Of a stretch of DNA of 64,000 bases, positions 47,801 through 56,282 are shown piece by piece. This DNA comes from Candidatus Peregrinibacteria bacterium (GTDB lineage: Bacteria > Patescibacteriota > Gracilibacteria > UBA1369 > UM-FILTER-53-11). The position numbers and the translations under genes are program-made. The DNA lies in the NCBI GenBank assembly GCA_016186205.1, contig JACPMA010000016.1, forward strand, positions 30,978 through 94,977, given 5' to 3'. The notes beneath the pieces are model-generated. The model was given only the letters and a program-made list of their open reading frames with translations. It was not told the DNA's origin and did not search any database. Within the stretch, counting starts at the first letter, position 1. Every line of letters begins with the position of its first letter.

Positions 47801-48951
47801 ATGACCATCGAGGATTAACCGAAAGTATCTATGATTCTAAAATGGAAGATTTTGCAGAGCGGATTTTCGGAAAACGTTTTGGGAATAATCTTGCCGCGCG
47901 CATTAAATTTTTTGAGGTTTATAAAGATGAGACAAAACGCCGCAAACTCGATTCAGAAAATTTCCGAAGCACGCAAGAACAGCTTCGCCGCGAGATCGGT
48001 ACCACGGCTGGAGCGGATGACGCGGACGGCCTCCTTTTGTGCATGAATCATCCGGAAGTTTTTTCTTTTTTGAAAGCGGTAAATTTTAGAATTCGTCTTT
48101 TTGATTATCAAGCCGTGAATTTTTTCGATGCCATGCCGAGCTTAATAACCATGGCTCGTCTCCATGCAGAAAAATATATCGATGTACTTAAAAAAACCGC
48201 AAAAGGGTGGTGGTATGATTTCAATCCTCTTGACGGAGCTGCATGGGAAAAAATCATTGATAAATATCCAAGCTTTTATGGTTTTTCCGTAGATGCGCAA
48301 GCTTTGCAAAAGCGCATCGGCGAGCGCAGCATATCGGCAAACGATTTGTATATCGGTTTGCTTTTGGGCGAACGATTGTCATTCGACCGTTCTGCGCTGG
48401 AGCAGGAGTTAAAGGAACCTTTTAAGGACGATATTCATCGAGTTGATTCGAATTTTGACAGTTATCGTTCATACAATGATTTGTCGAAATTTTCAGTCAT
48501 GCAGCTAAATAAAATGCGGCTCATTAGGCAGTGGCTTGCTTTGGAAAAGGCAAGAAAAGAAGTTGGTACTTTTATCCGCCGCGATGTTCAGCAATATCCG
48601 TATACCGAACTTGGTTCGGTGATAGTTATCAAGCCGAATGGCGACATAGAAAATCATGAATATCCGCCGAAACTCCATTTCCAAAACGGATCGTATGCTG
48701 CTCCGGCCGAGGCGAAAAACGAACACGCGGTGTCGCTCGCAATCTCCCATCTCCACGCTCTAAAATTCAATCAAGGCAATCATGCCGGCCCGAGCGGAAG
48801 CCGATTTTCCATTGGCGGCGACATTTCCGTGGCTCGCATTGAAGAGCGCGATTCGGTCGTCATGACATCTCTTTCCGAAAATCAGTTTGCCGTTCATTTT
48901 TATACGGCCTCCGGCGACGTCGCGTTTCTCGGACGGTTTGAATATAAGTAA
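44803..48951 (+). CDS. Large helical orphan protein (1382 aa) with C-terminal JAB/MPN-like metallo-motif
   Basis: C-terminal TELGS...SHLH...AGPS...GGD. Confidence 0.7.
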   Translation: MSPPEKREGRKIHEGRRTDYKRDTEELQREQFLDESRRDRERLKGKIEQPEQKLAKEVRESLETRVPDAVDREKVYRLMSVYEFIPSSQTELGFFLHDLEILEYQPAMLFYEFLSHEFGYKFELTFPRVVKDLINYENLQMKFQMAEIEVSLSGSDEKMREFDEKRNTIMNTVLTRIFVEARRRYGTGFFKNSAQKFRDHYQIPLSASGLLLYFGLFDDKDKKPDTASLLSVDQHAVQEKIGPLFQGNEMLCILYSVHKPKEFEAMVAVAQTLKRHTKYEPLDKYVFEVFGSIENLPDFLAFWNWIEYEFLQNGPLTLRSADDLLEQWNKLKPAKWDKTTANRIRDVWKECGIAATRPEFLTHIADYYWSDEEMEALRSIKKQHSFRWNENLSVNMLHKDIREILKKGLLARIADPQNAPLYRAAANYKYDPQAPLENLHNFLETEKGIAVLEKKDPNARNILQVLGRTNVPLNAVARLASGITQKVLENLGASSPILTIVHRFAEKPDLIHAWEKLCQNYQWDELELGHLEYWLDLPDEKQKQLVNSEHIARVRMLRQTYHFKISPPILITFMNDFESDENFRKQISVLSSKPCQGFFKKYGTLFAESNLMDETWQQDRLLDIVKFFQKQKTDKRFLRWAKRWKDAGQGVDSVFMGDESQSSLAVLDRPEFPRLVAVCKILKIEMGSISNLARLVNHVATLEKKEFSGFLDTMERIYGVTHEFYMLDDLAKIFEDTQARAFFTNPDVQNFYRKLQTYGYSFEERNYMPFEERYKKLRGLYETKGLFEAIERLGKAYGMDVQKLAGEAEEEENGGGVFGRISNMMMPGIETRGFDFMSELKVLVEQGDFELLVAPETVEFVKFCEKTYGYQFSLLNMSSLMTVVKSPRLKAAVRDPRLPEVIKRLGKRIELRFSFNALDLFVDIMDHEKEFEETMDLLEQQYAYRLKDPGDLFFIVDLLGKEAVIEKLKSKTFQEMIGALKKEQKYKFEVTDMYALIYLDDHRGLTESIYDSKMEDFAERIFGKRFGNNLAARIKFFEVYKDETKRRKLDSENFRSTQEQLRREIGTTAGADDADGLLLCMNHPEVFSFLKAVNFRIRLFDYQAVNFFDAMPSLITMARLHAEKYIDVLKKTAKGWWYDFNPLDGAAWEKIIDKYPSFYGFSVDAQALQKRIGERSISANDLYIGLLLGERLSFDRSALEQELKEPFKDDIHRVDSNFDSYRSYNDLSKFSVMQLNKMRLIRQWLALEKARKEVGTFIRRDVQQYPYTELGSVIVIKPNGDIENHEYPPKLHFQNGSYAAPAEAKNEHAVSLAISHLHALKFNQGNHAGPSGSRFSIGGDISVARIEERDSVVMTSLSENQFAVHFYTASGDVAFLGRFEYK

Positions 48952-48968
48952 TAATGTACAATGTTGTT

Positions 48969-49811
48969 ATGAAGAAGCGGTTTTTCATAGTGCTAGGTAT
49001 ATTGGGCGCTCTGGCAATAATTTCCGGATTTTTCTTCCGCGTCGAGATAAAAGAGTCAGTTGAATCTTTTTCAAAGCTCTCCCTTCCAGAGCCGAAAGCA
49101 GTCACGGAATTTCAAAAGCAAGAATCAGCTCCAACAACTACTCCTGCAGAAATTTCCCTCAAAAAACCCTCAACCCTAGGCGCGAGCGAAGCGAGTGCTA
49201 AGCAATTAAATCGCCCGAAGGGCGAAACCTTAAACCCTAAACCCTCAACCCTCGCAATAAATCTTAATATTCCTTTTGCTTCCCAAGCTCCATTCGGCAA
49301 CTGGGATTTGCCGTATCAGGAAGCCTGCGAAGAAGCAGCGGCCATCATGGTGCACCGTTATTTTTCCGGAGAACCGCTTGATCCTGCGACCATGGACGGT
49401 GAACTCAAAAAACTAATCGCATGGGAAGAAAAAACATTCGGCTACTATAAAGACACCACTGCGGAAGAAATTGCCCGCATGCTGCGGGAATATTTTGGGC
49501 ACAGCGAAGTGGAAGTACAGTACGATTTTACGATTGAAGATGTGAAAGCGGCTCTGCAAGAGGGCCATCCTGTGATTCTTCCGGCAGCCGGCCGGCTTCT
49601 TCCAAATCCATATTTTCGCGATCCGGGGCCCGTTTATCACGCGCTTGTAGTAAAAGGGTTTATCGGCGAAAAAATCATCACAAATGATCCCGGTACGCGC
49701 CGCGGCAAAGATTTTCTCTACGATCCGGTAGCACTTCTGAATGCCGTGCATGACTGGAATGAGGAAAATATTTTGAAGGGCCGGAAGGTTATGATTATCG
49801 TTAGAGAATAG
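48969..49811 (+). CDS. Membrane-anchored peptidase C39-like protein
   Basis: Motifs PFASQAP, EACEEAA, YHALVVKG and TNDPG. Confidence 0.82.
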   Translation: MKKRFFIVLGILGALAIISGFFFRVEIKESVESFSKLSLPEPKAVTEFQKQESAPTTTPAEISLKKPSTLGASEASAKQLNRPKGETLNPKPSTLAINLNIPFASQAPFGNWDLPYQEACEEAAAIMVHRYFSGEPLDPATMDGELKKLIAWEEKTFGYYKDTTAEEIARMLREYFGHSEVEVQYDFTIEDVKAALQEGHPVILPAAGRLLPNPYFRDPGPVYHALVVKGFIGEKIITNDPGTRRGKDFLYDPVALLNAVHDWNEENILKGRKVMIIVRE

Positions 49812-49929
49812 AGGCCAAGTGTGCTGCCATGCATTTTTTCAAACATTTTGGCACGCTAGGCCGCGGGATCGATCCCGCGGCCTAGCGTGCCAAAATGTTT
49901 GAAAAAATGCATGGCAGCACACTTGGCCT
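49812..49929. repeat. 118-bp perfect palindrome with no spacer
   Basis: aggccaagtg...gggatc|gatccc...cacttggcct; centre at 49870/49871, between two convergent stops. Confidence 0.9.
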
Positions 49930-51241
49930 ATAGTTCCTTAATTTTTCGGCGGAGAAATATCGCCAAGAGAATAACTTCCGAGGCGCTGCCTAGAAAAAAT
50001 CCGTAGGGAATTGCGGCAATGCCGAGATTTTTTGATTGATATGAGGCAAACGAAACGCTCACTGCGAGACCGATAGCGCTGAAAATTACCGGAGTGATGG
50101 TGTTTTTTAGCGCATAGAATGAGCGCGCTAGCAGATGCACCAGACTTTCCGTAGGAATAGAAAGCGCAAAAATTGAAAGCACGCCGGCTGTGCGCAGAAT
50201 ATTTTCATCAGAAAAATTTCCGCCGCCAAGAAAAATTCGGATTGGCAGAGCGCTCAAAAAATAAAGCCCGAATGCTGACGGCAGAGTAAAAATGAGAATG
50301 TCGCGCAGGGCTTTCCAGAAATTTTTGAGAAAGTTTTCGCGGTCCGATTTTCCGGCCGCTTCGCATAGTATCGGAAAAATCGCCACGGAAAAAGCAATGC
50401 CAAAAAGGGAAACCGGCACGCTCTGAAAATTCCGCGCGAAGCTCACCGCAGTGACGCTTCCGGCTGCAAGCATAGTTGCGATTCGCGTAAATGAAAGGAA
50501 CGTGAGCTGTTCAACAGGGTGCCCGATCATTTTTGGAATCATGAGTTTTATGACTTGGAGAAAATTTTTGTCGCGCAGATTGATATTAAAGCGGTACGAA
50601 AAAGCCGATTTGCGGATTGCAAAGAAACGCGGCAACAAATGGAGAAATGCACCAAGCACCGTGCCGAGAACAAGGCCATAAACGCCGAACCACGGTTTTG
50701 CAAAAGCGCCTGCGATAATTCCGAAATTATAAAAAATCGGCGAAAGTCCGTACGGGAGGAATGTTTTATATGAAATGAGCATGGCGCCGAAACCGCTGGA
50801 AACAGCCATGAAAATCGGAGAAATAAGCATGAGTCGGCTCAAACGTACCAGCTGTTCGAGTTCTGGAGCGGAAAATCCAGGGGCGATGAATCGCGCCAAA
50901 AAAGGCATAAAAATGGCTGCAAGAATTCCTGAAATAAGAATTATAAAGATCGCCCCGTGCAGAACGGTATTCGCCAGTTCATTTGCTTTTTCTTTCTCGC
51001 CGCCGGTAAACAGACTCGTAAAAATTGGAATGAACGCTGCGGAAAGCGCGCTTGAAACCAGGATATTTAAAAGCAAATCAGGAATGATGAAAGAGGCGTT
51101 ATAGAGATCAAGCTCACGCCCCAATCCAAATTGATGCGCAAAAATTCGGTCACGAATAAGGCCGGTGACATAGCTTAAAAACGTCGTTATAGAAAGTACG
51201 GCCGCGCCAGTCGCGAATTTTTCCGGCAGTTTTTGGATCAT
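49928..51241 (-). CDS. murJ: Lipid II flippase MurJ/MviN
   Basis: Motifs GLIRDRIFAHQFG, FIIPD, ALSAAFIPIF, P..LFG.A and LARSFYA. Confidence 0.92.
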   Translation of the reverse strand: MIQKLPEKFATGAAVLSITTFLSYVTGLIRDRIFAHQFGLGRELDLYNASFIIPDLLLNILVSSALSAAFIPIFTSLFTGGEKEKANELANTVLHGAIFIILISGILAAIFMPFLARFIAPGFSAPELEQLVRLSRLMLISPIFMAVSSGFGAMLISYKTFLPYGLSPIFYNFGIIAGAFAKPWFGVYGLVLGTVLGAFLHLLPRFFAIRKSAFSYRFNINLRDKNFLQVIKLMIPKMIGHPVEQLTFLSFTRIATMLAAGSVTAVSFARNFQSVPVSLFGIAFSVAIFPILCEAAGKSDRENFLKNFWKALRDILIFTLPSAFGLYFLSALPIRIFLGGGNFSDENILRTAGVLSIFALSIPTESLVHLLARSFYALKNTITPVIFSAIGLAVSVSFASYQSKNLGIAAIPYGFFLGSASEVILLAIFLRRKIKEL

Positions 51242-51288
51242 ATAAAGAGTATACTGAACATAATATAATTTTATATAACTTTTTTTAT

Positions 51289-51870
51289 ATGGATATTCCT
51301 CAACAAATTCCTCCGGCTGCGCCTTCTTCGCCTTCGCCATCTCCGCCGCCTTCGCCAGCCAGCGGACCGAGCTTACCGAAAATCCCGATTGACCTTGATC
51401 CGCGTACGCTCGCCACGCTCAAATGGAGTGCTGTCTGGAACGGCGTTGGCGCTGCCATAGTCAGCGTGGCCAGCTATTTGAGTTTTTATTTCATTGGCGG
51501 ACTTGCCGGAGATATTCTCCGTACGTTCGGCGGCGTAACCAGAAATTTTCCAGTCGGCCAGCTCATCGGCGATATTCTTTGGGGTGCAGTATACGGCGCC
51601 GTCTTCGGATTTTTGATTTCAAAATTTTACACGCAAATCCAGCAGTGGAATCGGCAGTATCTTAAAGGCTGGCTCAATACGTTTTTTAAGCTTTTGTTTT
51701 ACCCGTCTCTTATCGGTTCGCTTTTGGCTTTTCTTATGACAAGTGTCGCAGGTTTTGGAATCGGATTTATGCCGCTTATCATCATTTTAGCCGGCGTACT
51801 CTTGAAAGGTTTTGTATATGCCAAAATGATGACCAAATACGTCGGCCAGCTTTATGCGCCACCAGCCTAG
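51289..51870 (+). CDS. Membrane protein (about 4 TM)
   Basis: Pro-rich N-terminus followed by hydrophobic helices. Confidence 0.7.
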   Translation: MDIPQQIPPAAPSSPSPSPPPSPASGPSLPKIPIDLDPRTLATLKWSAVWNGVGAAIVSVASYLSFYFIGGLAGDILRTFGGVTRNFPVGQLIGDILWGAVYGAVFGFLISKFYTQIQQWNRQYLKGWLNTFFKLLFYPSLIGSLLAFLMTSVAGFGIGFMPLIIILAGVLLKGFVYAKMMTKYVGQLYAPPA

Positions 51871-51871
51871 T

Positions 51872-52069
51872 TTAGGCGTGGTATTTGTGGCAGTGCGAAA
51901 AGTTCCAGAGCGCAAGCAGCGCGGCAACAACCAGACCGACGCCGCTAAACCACATCGGCACATCCCAGCCTCCTATTTGCGCTGCCCATCCATAAAAAAG
52001 GCGCAGCACATGGAGTACAGCAACGGCCGCGAAGATCACTCCGGAAACGAGTGAAACAGAAAGTTTCAT
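51872..52069 (-). CDS. Small 2-TM membrane protein
   Basis: IFAAVAVLHVLRL..GW...IGGW.VP.W.S. Confidence 0.7.
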   Translation of the reverse strand: MKLSVSLVSGVIFAAVAVLHVLRLFYGWAAQIGGWDVPMWFSGVGLVVAALLALWNFSHCHKYHA

Positions 52070-52130
52070 CAGTTCCAATATATATCGTTTAGATATATAA
52101 TCCAAGCCTCAAGACTTTTTATACTTTCTT

Positions 52131-52661
52131 ATGTCAGATCCTAAACTCATTGCAGTTGATATCGTTGCCTTAGTGGAAGATCAAGCTAACGGTAGTCCGA
52201 TAGTTGTGCTTCATGACCGTCAGGGCAACCGTCTGCTTCCAATTTGGATCGGCGATCCGGAAGCGCGTGCCATTGCGGTTGCGCTCAACAAAATGCGCAT
52301 GCCGCGGCCGCTTACACATAAACTTCTCATTCATGTTATAGAGGCGCTTGACGGAAAGCTTTCGCGAGTGGTTGTAGATCGGTTAAAAAATCATACCTAT
52401 TTTGCATCTCTTTATGTGCAAACCGCAGCAAAGACCGTTGCCGTGGATGCCCGTCCTTCCGACGCCATCGCGCTTGCGCTTGAGGCGCGCATCCCGATTT
52501 TTGTAGCGAAGCAAGTTATGGATGAAGCCGGCCAGCAAAATCCTTTTCCCGGCATCGCAATGCGTCAAGAAAAGCGAGAGTTCAAGGAAGAGGATTTAGT
52601 GAAATTAAAGGAGCTTTTGGAAAAAGCCCGCGAGCGGGAACAAAAAGCCGGAGGCGAATAA
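52131..52661 (+). CDS. Bifunctional nuclease domain (DUF151) protein
   Basis: Motifs LPIWIG..EA.AI, RPLTH.L and DARPSDAIALA. Confidence 0.92.
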   Translation: MSDPKLIAVDIVALVEDQANGSPIVVLHDRQGNRLLPIWIGDPEARAIAVALNKMRMPRPLTHKLLIHVIEALDGKLSRVVVDRLKNHTYFASLYVQTAAKTVAVDARPSDAIALALEARIPIFVAKQVMDEAGQQNPFPGIAMRQEKREFKEEDLVKLKELLEKAREREQKAGGE

Positions 52662-52751
52662 CTAAATATTTGCTTCATTAACAGATTAGACATACTATTG
52701 ATCAATTAGGAAAATATGTATAAAATTAATCACCTTTGACAATTTTTATAT

Positions 52752-53486
52752 ATGCCAGAAGCAGCACAAAGATTGGAGGAACTCGTGCATAATCAGTTTG
52801 CAAGTGAGCTAGAACTTAGTAAAGAATCTGGTCTGTATGTGGCCAAAAAAAGTTCACATGACGTGCCTCCGCCAGCCGATGCGCAGGCCGCCTCCCGCTT
52901 GCTTATTACTCGACTTACCACCACGCAGGTAGTTGCTATTCTTGAAAAAGCAAAACAACCTCAACTCCAAATGGAACCGGTTACTTCTTTTAAGCGCTAT
53001 GTAGCTGCGCTTGATGGGAATAAAAGAATGCCAGAACAAGTTGATACTTTCGTGAATTCAGAGCGAAGAGCTGCATGGGCGAGACAAGACATCAACGCAG
53101 GAATCGGTGATAGCGTTTCCGGATGGAATCTTGGCATCATTGATGCTGAACAAGAACTTGATGCTGAACAAGAACTTGATGTTGATCCAAACTTGACTAG
53201 AACTTTGGGACAAAAACATTTTCAAAATGATGCGCAGTGGGGCCACTCCGGTTTGCGTTCACCTCATCCTCGCCGTTATGCGCTTGCACAGCTAAGAGCC
53301 ATTCTTCAGCACGGAAAACCTCTCGATCAAATGAACTGGTCTGCTCTTAATGATGATACAGGTAATACTTCTGTTGTTCCGAGCGGTGATTGGCTTGATA
53401 ATCGGGTCTACTTTAACGTGGGCTTTCCTGACGGTCAGGACGATCTCGTGGGGTTTCGGCCCGAGGTGGTGGTCAAAGCGGCTTAG
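52752..53486 (+). CDS. Putative DGR target (C-type-lectin-fold-like) protein
   Basis: C-terminal VPSGDW...V.F....PD..DD.VGFRPEV resembles a DGR variable region. Confidence 0.55.
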   Translation: MPEAAQRLEELVHNQFASELELSKESGLYVAKKSSHDVPPPADAQAASRLLITRLTTTQVVAILEKAKQPQLQMEPVTSFKRYVAALDGNKRMPEQVDTFVNSERRAAWARQDINAGIGDSVSGWNLGIIDAEQELDAEQELDVDPNLTRTLGQKHFQNDAQWGHSGLRSPHPRRYALAQLRAILQHGKPLDQMNWSALNDDTGNTSVVPSGDWLDNRVYFNVGFPDGQDDLVGFRPEVVVKAA

Positions 53487-53526
53487 GCTTTAAACCTTGG
53501 TATATTGCTGAAAAAATCCTATTTTG

Positions 53527-54054
53527 ATGCGTCTTTTTATTGCCATTGATCTTCCGGAAAACGTGAAAGATTATCTACGCAAACTGCAGGCGGTTTTGCC
53601 GCAGGTAAAAATGTCAAAAACTCATGATTTTCATCTCACTTTGAAATTTTTGGGTTCGTGCGAAGAGCGCCGTTGCAAGAAAATTAAAGAAGAACTCGCG
53701 CATATTCCTTTTCAGCCGTTTGAAAGCTGTTTGGAAAATATTGGAACTTTCGGAGGGAAATCGCCGCGGGTCGTTTGGGTCGGCCTTAAAGTTCCGACAT
53801 GGCTTCAAGAAACCGCGTATGAAATTGAGGATCATATGGAAAAACTTGGGTTTGAAAAGGAGCGCCGTTTTGTTCCGCACATCACGCTTGCGCGGATAAA
53901 ATTCATTGAAAATCCGCAGCAGTTTGTAGAAGATCTCAAAAAAATCTCCGTTGATCGGATTTCGTTTCCGGTTTCACAATTTCATCTTTTTGAGAGTACT
54001 CTGCACGTGAAGCTCGCCACTTTTTCAGGGCAAGGAGCAGGGGAATTCCATTGA
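53527..54054 (+). CDS. thpR: RNA 2',3'-cyclic phosphodiesterase (2H family)
   Basis: Motifs MRLFIAI, HLTLKFLG, PRVVW and PHITLAR. Confidence 0.9.
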   Translation: MRLFIAIDLPENVKDYLRKLQAVLPQVKMSKTHDFHLTLKFLGSCEERRCKKIKEELAHIPFQPFESCLENIGTFGGKSPRVVWVGLKVPTWLQETAYEIEDHMEKLGFEKERRFVPHITLARIKFIENPQQFVEDLKKISVDRISFPVSQFHLFESTLHVKLATFSGQGAGEFH

Positions 54055-56038
54055 GCAGGAAACTTAACGCGAGCACGCCGATTGCAATCCAAAGTACGGT
54101 TGAATTTTTTACAGCATTCTGTCCTGTTTGCTCCGGCGCCGGCCGCACATCGTCAATATTTTTCAGCGCGTAGCTTCCATCAATTTCTTTTTCCGCTTGA
54201 ACCGAAATGCCAGCCCCTTCTTTTATGATTGCTTCAGCGGTAAGCGGATCAAGTATTGCTTCATTAAAACGGATTTTTTTAGATTTGCCGTCCGGAGCCG
54301 CTATATCAAAAGACAGATCTCCGCCGGCCAGAAGTTTCGACACGCGGCCGTCGATCTTTTCAAAAACCGGATTTTGCGTTCCGGGCGTCGGCGCATCAAT
54401 CCATTCCCACGCATTTTCATTTTTTTCCCGCAGAGGCAAAGGCTGTGCGCTCGCTACAAGGTCATTTTCATACGCCACGCTGATAAGCGCATAGGAAAAA
54501 TCTTTTTTTGCATCGGCGTACGCAACGGAGTCAAGGACATTTCCCTCAAAATCAGCAAGAAAAACAGTATCGCGGTCATTATTAAGGTTTATTTTCGTAG
54601 CGCCTTTCTGGAATACTGCGTATTTGCCGGGCTTGAGCTCCATGGAATCCGGAATGAGATACGGCGATGAAGTTTTTTTCTCATCCGCAAGCATCCAATT
54701 TCCAAGATTGATTGTTTTGCTTCCGGTATTCTGAATTTCAATCCATTCTGATTGAGGATTTTGCGAAGGAGCAGGAAAAAGCTCCGTGATTTTAATGTCA
54801 GCTGAAAGATCGCCGTTTTTTGATGCATTTTTTTTGGTCCTTTTAGGATTTTTATTTTGCGGATCTTTCTTTGGCGTATTTTTCTTTGGAACAAGTTTCT
54901 GTTTTGTCGGCGGAGCAGCTTCAGAAGGCGCCGACGGTATTGCAAAAACAAAATATCCGCGCAGTTCCGTGGTTCCGGGAGGAAAAATTCCAGGGAAAGG
55001 TAAAGTAGCTGTCTGCTGTGGAAAAGTCGGCGGCAAGGAAAATTGCGGCAAAGGCGTGATTGGAGGAGTTGGTGGCACTGGCGTCATTGGTGCCACGACA
55101 GATTTATTCAGTACTTGTACATACTGGTAATTTTTTCCAGACGCACCGTCTGGGTCTGTTACGGTAAGCGTGACCGTATAAAAACCAGGCACACTGTATT
55201 TATGGAACCCCGGATTTTCCGAATTCGAAGTTGTGCCATCGCCGAAATCCCAGAAAAAATTGAGGCGGTTTCCATCTGGATCAAATGACGCGCGGCCATC
55301 AAAGTTAAGCGTCGTTTCGCCTTGCGCTATGAGCGAACCGCTTTGGATTTGGATAACGGCTTGCGGTGGCGACTGCGGCGTCTGAAGCGGTGGAGGCGGC
55401 GGCGGAGGGGAAGGCGAGGGAGATGGAGATGGAAGTGGAGGCGGCACAGGAGTTGGCTCTGGAAGCGGGACTTCTGCTTCAGTCGATGTTCCTATTTCAA
55501 TAGGAGCCGGTACAGCGGAAATTTCCCTAGCGCGCCCCATGGAATGAGAAGTTGGGTGCGGCGTCCAATTCATCGGTTCGGTCGCTATGCGTTCAAGCGA
55601 TGTGCTAGATCCGGTCTGCGGATAAATGAAACGTTCCAAAAAATTTCCATCAGCATCTTTTATTCCAATTTCTTCGCCTTCTTCTTTAAGCGAACCCCAA
55701 TTTGAATCAAAAAGCGTTCCAATAAATTCCGGATATTTTTGCGCTACGAGATCGGCTTTATTTGCGATGACTGCATATTCATTTGAATCAAGCAAAAAAT
55801 CTCCTCGAAAAACAGAAAGCCCATGATTTGTTTCATCTTCGAAAAATTTCCAGCCGGTTAGATCGATCGACGTTTCACTTTCATTATATATTTCGATCCA
55901 TTCCGTTTCGCTCTGCTCAAACGCGGCGATTTCGGTAATTATAAGAGCCGGCATGGGCGGAACTTCTTCCGCCAGCATAGAAAAAGGATAAAAAATCCAT
56001 AAGAAAAGTACTATAATGGCAAGCAGCTTTTTTTGCAT
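53936..56038 (-). CDS. Surface protein with two lamin-tail domains, a PKD domain and a C-terminal TM
   Basis: EWIEIYN...DLTGW, WDFGDG PKD, EWIEIQN...NLGNW, signal peptide and C-terminal anchor. Confidence 0.85.
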   Translation of the reverse strand: MQKKLLAIIVLFLWIFYPFSMLAEEVPPMPALIITEIAAFEQSETEWIEIYNESETSIDLTGWKFFEDETNHGLSVFRGDFLLDSNEYAVIANKADLVAQKYPEFIGTLFDSNWGSLKEEGEEIGIKDADGNFLERFIYPQTGSSTSLERIATEPMNWTPHPTSHSMGRAREISAVPAPIEIGTSTEAEVPLPEPTPVPPPLPSPSPSPSPPPPPPPLQTPQSPPQAVIQIQSGSLIAQGETTLNFDGRASFDPDGNRLNFFWDFGDGTTSNSENPGFHKYSVPGFYTVTLTVTDPDGASGKNYQYVQVLNKSVVAPMTPVPPTPPITPLPQFSLPPTFPQQTATLPFPGIFPPGTTELRGYFVFAIPSAPSEAAPPTKQKLVPKKNTPKKDPQNKNPKRTKKNASKNGDLSADIKITELFPAPSQNPQSEWIEIQNTGSKTINLGNWMLADEKKTSSPYLIPDSMELKPGKYAVFQKGATKINLNNDRDTVFLADFEGNVLDSVAYADAKKDFSYALISVAYENDLVASAQPLPLREKNENAWEWIDAPTPGTQNPVFEKIDGRVSKLLAGGDLSFDIAAPDGKSKKIRFNEAILDPLTAEAIIKEGAGISVQAEKEIDGSYALKNIDDVRPAPEQTGQNAVKNSTVLWIAIGVLALSFLLNGIPLLLALKKWRASRAEYSQKDEIVKPETKSDQRRFF

Positions 56039-56061
56039 AGGAGTGAGAAATTTGATAGAAT
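56033..56061 (+). promoter_or_regulatory. Sigma-70 promoter of the small RNA
   Basis: TTGCAT-17 bp-TAGAAT with extended -10 TG. Confidence 0.6.
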
Positions 56062-56067
56062 ATAAAC

Positions 56068-56203
56068 GGCAATTGGGAGCGAGTGTAAAACTCCTCTTGG
56101 TAAACAGTTTGTTTGAGACAGGCTGACAATTGCTTGGTGGATCATGCAAGGCTTCAAAAGCCCTGCCCCAGGAGCTCCCCTCAAGAAGAGGAGCTCTTTT
56201 TTT
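56068..56203 (+). ncRNA. Candidate ~135-nt small RNA
   Basis: Starts ~7 nt after the -10 box. Three-way junction ggcaattg/caattgct enclosing two hairpins; ends in an intrinsic terminator. Confidence 0.55.
56172..56203 (+). terminator. Rho-independent terminator
   Basis: gagctcc...ggagctc stem followed by T7. Confidence 0.75.
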
Positions 56204-56211
56204 GCCAACAG

Positions 56212-56282
56212 TGGTGGAGCAGATGAGATTTGAACTCATTCAGTCGGATGACAATCCCGACTTAGCTCCTAAGCTCTGCCCC
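56212..56282 (-). ncRNA. 71-nt non-canonical tRNA-like RNA with Ala/tmRNA-type acceptor (G3-U70, A73, CCA)
   Basis: GGGGCAG A GCT-TAGG-AGC TA AGTCGG-GATTGTCAT-CCGACT GA ATGAG-TTCAAAT-CTCAT CTGCTCC A CCA. Confidence 0.7.

Noticed and set aside
56038..56239. N-terminal 67-aa extension of the lamin-tail protein
   Set aside because: The signal peptide begins at ATG 56038, and the extension overlaps structured RNA candidates.
56040..56240. Permuted two-piece tmRNA (T-arm+CCA followed by a second GGGGCAG on the minus strand)
   Set aside because: No tmRNA D-loop-like motif and no plausible tag reading frame follow the second GGGGCAG, and the acceptor already has its own upstream 5' strand.
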